Assembly: GCA_964016885.1 (NCBI GenBank)
Contig: OZ024766.1
Location: 20,584,001-20,648,000 of the forward strand
Direction: 5' to 3'
Source: Eledone cirrhosa
Taxonomy: Eukaryota
DNA: 64,000 nucleotides
The position numbers and the translations under genes are program-made. How positions within the stretch are numbered: position 1 is the stretch's first letter; each line of letters starts with the position of its first letter. The notes beneath the pieces were generated by a model. That model was not told the DNA's origin, ran no database searches, and saw only the letters and a list, made by a program, of their open reading frames with translations. Below are positions 1-10,000 of the stretch, in pieces.

Positions 1-446
1 CGCTTCATCGCCGCCTCGCACGCCTTCCGTCGCACCCTGTGGCGCCGATACCACCTCTGGATGCTGCGTGCGGCGATGCGCTCCTCCAAGTCGGTCGTCG
101 GGGGGCGGCGGCGGCACTTCGTCCGAGGAGCCACCGCCGCCGGCAAGCCTCCTCCGCCGAGCGTCGGACTTTCGCCGTCACCCCCGGGGTGCGTGGGCAC
201 GCCGCGCGTCCCCCGGGCCGCCGACGACGACGGCGGGCAGTTGTTTGCGCCGCTGCTCACGAGCGATTTGGGGTCGTCGTGGTTTAAGCACTGGTTCGTC
301 GTCTCCCCCTTGCTCAGTCTATGCCCCGGGGGGCTGGCCTTGGGGGTGGCAGGTTTCCCACTGCTGACTGGGTTACACAGCGTAAAGATGGAATCAATGA
401 AAGTGTTCGATATTTCCGATTGGTTGGAGTTGGAGCCTTTTCTCAC
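1..446 (-). CDS. CEP131: CEP131 coding exon 7 (IQ motif), truncated by window edge
   Basis: Acceptor ctgtctattcag|GTG; open frame VRKGSNSNQSE...AARSIQRWYRRHRVRRKACEAAMK; GC-rich. Confidence 0.85.
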   Translation of the reverse strand, partial: MRKGSNSNQSEISNTFIDSIFTLCNPVSSGKPATPKASPPGHRLSKGETTNQCLNHDDPKSLVSSGANNCPPSSSAARGTRGVPTHPGGDGESPTLGGGGLPAAVAPRTKCRRRPPTTDLEERIAARSIQRWYRRHRVRRKACEAAMK

Positions 447-963
447 CTGAATAGACAGAAAAAATAAACATACAGGTGTGTGTATATATATATATATATA
501 TATACATATATATATAGTTATACTTTGGGAGGGTCATGTTGCCAATAAGAAACACACACACCAGTTGCTTTCACTTCAATTTATTATAATAAATTTATAA
601 ATTTCTGGTTGGTTGGTTGGTTCCACAACCAGATAGTTGTTTATACCTAGTCATAGTTCTTTCGTCACACACTCTGTGACCTCTTCAGAACAAAGAAAGG
701 AATCCCCAGTCACTGAAGAGGTCACAGAGTGTATGACGAAAGAACTATGACTATGTATAAACAACTATCTGGTTGTGGAACCAACCAACCAACCAGAAAT
801 TTATAGATTTATTCCTAAATTTATAAATTTATTATAATAAATTGAAGTGAAAGCAACTGGTGCGTGTGTTTCTTATTGGCAACATGACCCTCCCAAAGTA
901 TAACAATATCGGTTTCAACACACGCTTTCAGATAAAGAATCTTGCTAAACAAATTCAGAAACG

Positions 964-1004
<41 letters not shown>

Positions 1005-1419
1005 TATATATGACTTTAATCTTTGTATGTAAATTACAAAGTATATATATATATTAGAAAGTGCGGCTTTTTTACAAAATGTAAAATAACCGAGGTGTCC
1101 TACACGAGTGGAAGTATAAAGAAAAAAAGATGAAATCGAAAATGCAACTGGAGTCTTATTTAAAAAAATATATATATTTATTTGGTTCCTTTACCGGTTT
1201 CGCAGTTCTTCTGCTTTTCAAAAGGTGAGTTGAGATGGAGGGTCTGTGGTTTTTCTCACATCTGAGAAAAACCACAGTGAGAAAAACCACAGACCCTCCA
1301 TCTCAACTCACCTTTTGAAAAGCAGAAGAACTGCGAAACCGGTAAAGGTACCAAATAAATATATATATTTTAAAAAAAAAAATAAGACTCCAGTTGCATT
1401 TTCGATTTCACCTCTTTTT

Positions 1420-1453
<34 letters not shown>

Positions 1454-1629
1454 GTTATTCCGGGTTGAATCGGAGGTAACCACAGTAAGTAAGGCACTCA
1501 ATACATAGCAGAGTATAAAAGTTTTAATATAGATGAGATTCTACAGGACTAGAACTATCATTCTTTAGAATTCCTGATGATTTCTAAAGAATGAAACAGT
1601 TCTAGTCCTGTAGAATCTCATCTACATTA

Positions 1630-1664
<35 letters not shown>

Positions 1665-1707
1665 CTTTAATCTTTGTATGTAAATTATATATATATATAT
1701 AACATGA

Positions 1708-1738
<31 letters not shown>

Positions 1739-3280
1739 AACGTTTGTATTTGTAAAGCCAAAACAATGCAGGTATGGACATAGAATATAAATGCAAATGC
1801 AAAAGATATTGTTGACAATTAGTCTTTTACCTTAAATTTATTTAAATATCCTTAATTTTCGAGATAATATCTCTTCTTCGGAGGGAAGTAAAGTGGTTAA
1901 ACCACCGTTCTAAATAGCTTGCCAAGTCATAAAAGAGTCTAACTGCGGCGTTCGAAGAAACCAGATGGTCAATAGATACACTCTGGTGATTAACCACGTG
2001 ATGGGATCCCCACCATGGGACCTTCACGTGCAAATCAGTTCAGTCCATTCTTTGGGACATTAAACATCCAGGTACGACCTAACTCTTCTGCACACACCAC
2101 TCCATCAATAAAATATTTGTTACGTTAATAACCATGGGTTGACATTACTCTCATACCAATAACTTGTGCAGCCGTTATCATGATAAACCAAATAATAATT
2201 GTTTCTACCATTGACACAAGGCCAGCAATTACCCAGTACATTACTGGTACTTTATTTTATCGACCCCGTAAGGATGAAAGGCAAAGTTAACCTCGACGGG
2301 ATTTGAACGAGATAAACCAAATAATAACGAGGGTTATTATAATAATTAATTGTTTCTACTTTAGGCACAAGGCCAGCAATTACCCAGTGCATTACTGGTA
2401 CTTTATTTTATCGACCCCGTAAGGATGAAAGGCAAAGTTAACCTCGGCGGGATTTGAACTCAGAATGGCAAGGGCCGTAACTCTATACGTCAAAGATTAA
2501 TGGTTTTACATCAAGTCAGAATACCACGTATCGTATATCCCGTTATTATTTGCTGCCCATGTCTCACTACCATGCAACATCGTGCTCCTCACACAGGCAT
2601 CATATAACCGGCCTTTCGTATTTGTTTAAGAGGGGCCTACTGACTGTAGGTTTCGCTTTGTGTGACCCCTTTATGAAATAAATCTGGTAAACTCTGCCCT
2701 TATGTGTTTCTGGTTGAAGGTACAACATAGAGCTGAAGAAGTTTAGAGAAATCTCAGTCACATCTGAGAAACTTCGACGTGAGAGATGGATTGAGGACAA
2801 AACTAAGATAATTAAGGTGAGTTCTACGCTTTGGGGGTTTCAGAGTGGGGGGGGGGGGGGGGGGTTCGGGGTTTCTGGGATTTCAGGGTGTCTTGCTCAT
2901 ATATATATATATATACACACATATATATACACACACACCTATATATATATATGCATACACATATATACACACATATATATATACACACACATATATACAC
3001 ACACACATATACACACCTATACACAGACACTCACATATACACACACACACACACCTACATATATACACACACATATATACACACCTATATATATACAAGA
3101 AACTTCGACGTGAGAGATGGATTGAGGACAAAACTAAGATAATTAAGGTGAGTTTCTGGGCTTTGGGGGTTTCAGAGTGGGGGGGGGGGTTTCGGGGTTT
3201 CGGGGGTGTCTTGCTCGTATATATATATATATATACACACATATATATACACACACACCTATATATATATATGCATACAC

Positions 3281-3312
<32 letters not shown>

Positions 3313-3316
3313 CTAT

Positions 3317-3348
<32 letters not shown>

Positions 3349-3962
3349 CTACATATATACACACAGACATATACACACACACACACACCTATATACACAC
3401 ACCTATACACACACACACACCTACATATATACACACACATATATACACACCTATATATACAAGAAACTTCAACGTGAGAGATGGATTGAGGACAAAACTA
3501 AGATAATTAAGGTGAGTTTCTGGGCTTTGGGGGTTTCAGAGTGTGTGTGTGGGGGGGGGGGGGTTCGGGGTTTCGGGGTTTCTAAGGCTTCTGGGGTTTC
3601 AGGGTGTCTTGCTCGTATATATATATACACACACACCTATATATATATATGCATACACATATATACACATATATATATACACACACACACATATACACAC
3701 CTATATATATACACACACATATATACACACCTATATATATATATGCATACACATATATACACACATATATATATTCACACACACACATATACACACCTAT
3801 ATATATACACACACATATATACACACCTATATATATATATATATATGCATACACACATATATATATACACACACATATATACACACCTATATATATATAT
3901 ATATGCATACACACATATATATATACACACACATATATACACACACACATATACACACCTAT

Positions 3963-4000
<38 letters not shown>

Positions 4001-7000
4001 CTACATATATACACACACATATATACACACCTATATATACACACCTATATATACAAGAAACTTCAACGTGAGAGATGGATTGAGGACAAAACTAAGATAA
4101 TTAAGGTGAGTTTCTGGGCTTTGGGGGTTTCAGAGTGGGGGGGGGGGGTTCGGGGTTTCGGGGTGTCTTGCTCGTATATATATATACACACACATATATA
4201 CACACCTATATATATATATATATGCATACACATATATACACACATATATATATACACACACACACATATACACACCTATATATATACACACACATATATA
4301 TACACACACATATATACACACCTATATATATATATATATATATGCATACACACATATATATATACACACACATATATACACACACACATACACACACCTA
4401 CATATACACACACATATACACACACACACACACCTACATATATACACACACATATATACACACCTATATATACAAGAAACTTCGACGTGAGAGATGGATT
4501 GAGGACAAAACTAAAATAATTAAGGTGAGTTTCTGGGCTTTTGGGGTTTAGGGGTTGAAAAAAAGGTGTTTCTGTCTCAGGAAATTAGCTGAAAAAAAAA
4601 AAAAAAATGTCAAGAAATCTGAAGGGCTCACTCACCTGGTTTACTGGGGCTTTGGGTTTAAAATTCCGACAGGAGTTCTCAATGTTGGACAGAGAAGCTT
4701 TCGTCTGAGGTGTCATAGCTTGGGAAGTCTTGTTGTTGGCAATGTGGTTGAGAGTGTGCGGCGTGGTAGCAAGGCTGGTGGCCGACAGGGGGCGCTGGCT
4801 GTTGAGAGTGTGCGGCGTGGTAGCAGGACTGGTGGCCACCAGGGGGCGCTGGCTGTTGAGAGTGTGTGGTGTCGTAGCAAGGCTGGTGGCCGACAGGGGG
4901 CGCTGGCTGTTGACAGTGTGTGGCGTGGTAGCAAGGCTGGTGGCCGACAGGGGGCGCTGGCTGTTGAGAGTGTGTGGTGTGGTAGCTGGACTGGTGGCCA
5001 CCAGGTGGCGCTGGCTGTTGAGAGTGTGTGGTGTGGTAGCTGGACTGGTGGCCACCAGGTGGCGCTGGCTGTTGAGAGTGTGTGGTGTGGTAGCAGGACT
5101 GGTGGCCACCAGGGGGCGCTGGCTGTTGACATTGTGTGGTGTAGTGCACAGACTGGCCACCTGGGGGTGCTGGCTGTTGACATTGTGTGGTGTAGTGCAC
5201 AGACTGGCCACCTGGGGGTGCTGGCTGTTGACACTGTGTGGCATAGTACACGGACTGGCCACCTGGGGGTGCTGGGTGTTGACACTGTGTGGCGTAGTGC
5301 ACAGACTGGCCACCTGGGGGTGCTGGGTGTTGATACTGTGTGGCATAGTACACGGACTGGCCAACAGGTTGCGCTGATTATGGCTTCTGTGAACCGTAGT
5401 AGAGGAAGTGTTGGCCACCAGGGTGCGCTGACTACTGTCGCTGTCAACCATAGCACACGGACTGCTCACCAGGTGGCGCTGGGTGTTGTCGCTGCGAGCT
5501 GTAGTACCAGGACTGCTCACCAGGTGGCGCTGGGTGTTGTCGCTGCGAGCTGTAGTACCAGGACTGCTCACCAGGTGGCGCTGGGCGTTGTCGCTGCGAG
5601 GTGTAGTACCAGGACTGCTCACCAGGTGGCGTTGGGTGTTGTCGCTGCGAGGTGTCGTACCAGGACTGCTCACCAGGTGGCGCTGGGTGTTGTCGCTGCG
5701 AGCTGTAGTACCAGGACTGCTCACCAGGTGGCGCTGGGTGTTGTCGCTGCGAGCTGTAGTACCAGGACTGCTCACCAGGTGGCGCTGGGCGTTGTCGCTG
5801 CGAGGTGTAGTACCAGGACTGCTCACCAGGTGGCGTTGGGTGTTGTCGCTGCGAGGTGTAGTACAAGAACTACTCACTAGGTGGTGCTGGGTGTTGCCCG
5901 CGGTGTTCAGTATTGCGTCCATGCTAAACACAGCAGTTCTCTGGCTTTCAAAAAAGCTGCAATAGAAATATATATATATATGTACATATAAAACCTCCAT
6001 GGAACAAACTCCCTGCATCAGTTGTTAGCTGTCGAGACACTGCATCCTTTAAAACCTCCATGGAACAAACTCCCTGCATCAGTTGTTAGCTGTCGAGACA
6101 CAGCATCCTTTAAAACCTCCATGGAACAAACTCCCTGCATCAGTTGTTAGCTGTCGAGACACTGCATCCTTTAAAACCTCCATGGAACAAACTCCCTGCA
6201 TCAGTTGTTAGCTGTCGAGACACTGCATCCTTTAAAACCTCCATGGAACAAACTCCCTGCATCAGTTGTTAGCTGTCGAGACACAGCATCCTTTAAAACC
6301 TCCATGGAACAAACTCCCTGCATCAGTTGTTAGCTGTCGAGACACTGCATCCTTTAAAACCTCCATGGAACAAACTCCCTGCATCAGTTGTTAGCTGTCG
6401 AGACACTGCATCCTTTAAAACCTCCATGGAACAAACTACCTGCATCAGTTGTTAGCTGTCGAGACACTGCATCCTTTAAAACCTTCATGGAACAAACTCC
6501 CTGCATCAGTTGTTAGCTGTTGAGACACTGCATCCTTTAAAACCTCCATGGAACAAACTACCTGCATCAGTTGTTAGCTGTTGAGACACTGCATCCTTTA
6601 AAACCTCCATGGAACAAACTGCCTGCATCAGTTGTTAGGTGTCGAGACACTGCATCCTTTAAAACCTCCATGGAACAAACTACCTGCATCAGTTGTTAGC
6701 TGTCGAGACACTGCATCCTTTAAAACCTCCATCGAACAAACTACCTGCATCAGTTGTTAGCTGTCGAGACACTGCATCCTTTAAAACCGCCATGGAACAA
6801 ACTACCTGCATCATTTTAACAACCGATGCAGGTAGTTTGTTCCATGGAGGTTTTAAAGGATGCAGTGTCTCGACAGCTAACAACTGATGCATCCTTTAAA
6901 ACCTCCATGTTTCCTGAGATTCGCCAACACTACACCTAATGTTCCCCCTCCACACACATACACACATGTATATCATGACTCATACACTGTTCACTTCCCT

Positions 7001-10000
7001 GACATTTCTACATTATTCTATGTACTACACATGCACCTTTGATGAGTTGTAGTGCACCTGAGCACTGTACACACAATAATTTCATTATATTATATATTAT
7101 ATAGAGACATATATACTCACCTATTTCTCGAGCTGTTCAATTTGTCAGTCTTGCTTATGTAATGCGACAGAATATCCCCCATCTTCAAATCCACAACAGA
7201 TTCGTCTGAGCTAAAACTGACACCATTCAGAAAGTGCTTGTCTTCAGTTACCTCCCCTTTGCTGCACTTCCGTCGGGACATGTTCTTGACACTTGCCCCT
7301 GAGGTGGACACCGCGCCTGGTGGCAACTCCTGACAATTATAATAATAATAATTCTTTGTACTTTTTGGCACAAGGCCAGCAATTACCCAGTAAATTACTG
7401 GTACTTTTATTTAATAATAATAATAATTTACTGTGACAATACAATAGTATATATAGAGTAATGTAAATGTTATGTGAGATATTATGTGAGGTAAAGCCTT
7501 TACTGTGACAATACAATAGTATATATAGAGTAATGTAAATGTTATGTGAGGTATTATGTGAGGTAAAGCCTTTACTGTGACAATACAATAGTATATATAG
7601 AGTAATGTAAATGTTATGTGAGATATTATGTGAGGTAAAGCCTTTACTGTGACAATACAATAGTATATATAGAGTAATGTAAATGCTATGTGAGATATTA
7701 TGTGAGGTAAAGCCTTTACTGTGACAATACAATAGTATATATAGAGTAATGTAAATGTTATGTGAGATATTATGTGAGGTAAAGCCTTTACTGTGACAAT
7801 ACAATAGTATATATAGAGTAATGTAAATGTTATGTGAGGTATTATGTGAGGTAAAGCCTTTACTGTGACAATACAATAGTATATATAGAGTAATGTAAAT
7901 GTTATGTGAGATATTATGTGAGGTAAAGCCTTTACTGTAACAATACAGTAGTATATATAGAGTAATGTAAATGTTATGTGAGATATTATGTGAGGTAAAG
8001 CCTTTACTGTGACAATACAATAGTATATATAGAGTAATGTAAATGTTATGTGAGGTATTATGTGAGGTAAAGACTTTACTGTGACAATACAATAGTATAT
8101 ATAGAGTAATGTAAATGTTATGTGAGATATTATGTGAGGTAAAGCCTTTACTGTGACAATACAATAGTATATATAGAGTAATGTAAATGTTATGTGAGAT
8201 ATTATGTGAGGTAAAGCCTTTACTGTGACAATACAATAGTATATATAGAGTAATGTAAATGTTATGTGAGATATTATGTGAGGTAAAGCCTTTACTGTGA
8301 CAATACAATAGTATATATAGAGTAATGTAAATGTTATGTGAGATATTATGTGAGGTAAAGCCTTTACTGTGACAATACAATAGTATATATAGAGTAATGT
8401 AAATGTTATGTGAGGTAAAGCCTTTACTGTGACAATACAATAGTATATATAGAGTAATGTAAATGTTATGTGAGATATTATGTGAGGTAAAGCTTTTACT
8501 GTGACAATACAATAGTATATATAGAGTAATGTAAATGTTATGTGAGGTATTATGTGAGGTAAAGCCTTTACTGTGACAATACAATAGTATATATAGAGTA
8601 ATGTAAATGTTATGTGAGGTAAAGCCTTTACTGTGACAATACAATAGTATATATAGAGTAATGTAAATGCTATGTGAGGTATTATGTGAGGTAAAGCCTT
8701 TACTGTGACAATACAATAGTATATATAGAGTAATGTAAATGTTATGTGAGATATTATGTGAGGTAAAGCCTTTACTGTGACAATACAATAGTATATATAG
8801 AGTAATGTAAATGTTATGTGAGATATTATGTGAGGTAAAGCCTTTACTGTGACAATACAATAGTATATATAGAGTAATGTAAATGTTATGTGAGATATTA
8901 TGTGAGGTAAAGCCTTTACTGTGACAATACAATAGTATATATAGAGTAATGTAAATGTTATGTGAGATATTATGTGAGGTAAAGCCTTTACTGTGACAAT
9001 ACAATAGTATATATAGAGTAATGTAAATGTTATGTGAGGTATTATGTGAGGTAAAGCCTTTACTGTGACAATACAATAGTATATATAGAATAATGTAAAT
9101 GTTATGTGAGATATTATGTGAGGTAAAGCCTTTACTGTGACAATACAATAGTATATATAGAGTAATGTAAATGTTATGTGAGATATTATGTGAGGTAAAG
9201 CCTTTACTGTGACAATACAATAGTATATATAGAGTAATGTAAATGTTATGTGAGATATTATGTGAGGTAAAGCCTTTACTGTGACAATACAATAGTATAT
9301 ATAGAGTAATGTAAATGTTATGTGAGATATTATGTGAGGTAAAGCCTTTACTGTGACAATACAATAGTATATATAGAGTAATGTAAATGTTATGTGAGGT
9401 ATTATGTGAGGTAAAGCCTTTACTGTGACAATACAATAGTATATATAGAGTAATGTAAATGTTATGTGAGATATTATGTGAGGTAAAGCCTTTACTGTGA
9501 CAATACAATAGTATATATAGAGTAATGTAAATAAAAAAGGGTTAAGGGACAGACTGACAGACAGTAGTAAACTCACCGAATTGCAGCATTGGTGTGATTT
9601 TTTTGACAGCCTGTCTGAATTAGTCCTTAGCTTCTGTTTGGTGGTGTTGTTGTTGTTGTTTTTGTTGGTGTTGTTGTCACCAAACAATAACGTGAAGACA
9701 TCACTGTAAAAGACAGAAGAAAGGCATGGTGCATCTAGGACCACATTATCTTTAACCCTTTCATTACATATTTTTAATGGAGCATAACTGAACAAAGGTT
9801 CTTACATAAAATTATGATGGAAATATTTTTAGATAAATATAAACACTTTAAAATAAACAGTTTAGTATCATAGAACATGGAGGCACATGGCTTAGTGGTT
9901 AGAGCATTACCCTTGCAATCGAAAGGTTGTGAGTTTAATTCTCAGACTGGGTGATGTGTTGTTTCCTTGAGCAAGACACTTTATTTCACATTGCTCCAGT

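Larger units (their letters stand above)
1115..1425. mobile_element. Palindromic element, probable inverted Penelope-like pLTR remnant (family B)
   Basis: ~140-bp inverted arms, each with a hammerhead motif; abuts (TA)n. Confidence 0.6.

Noticed and set aside
1842-2170. Complex unique-looking sequence and 63-aa ORF in the CEP131 intron
   Set aside because: No recognisable protein and no supported splice sites; probably a decayed repeat
2600-2800. 66-aa minus-strand ORF as an extra CEP131 exon
   Set aside because: It is the antisense of the + strand CEP131-like exon; exons 4636 and 446 already join in phase 0
4555-5965. Overlapping + strand and alternative-frame ORFs over the repeat exon
   Set aside because: By-products of 51/54-bp in-frame repeats; only the minus-strand frame has phase-matched splice sites
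7337-9795. 723-aa and 794-aa minus-strand ORFs
   Set aside because: Translations of the 72-bp satellite (24-aa period); only 9577-9703 is a real exon
9879-9955. tRNA gene
   Set aside because: tRNA-like A/B boxes are the head of a SINE present in several copies; no clean cloverleaf
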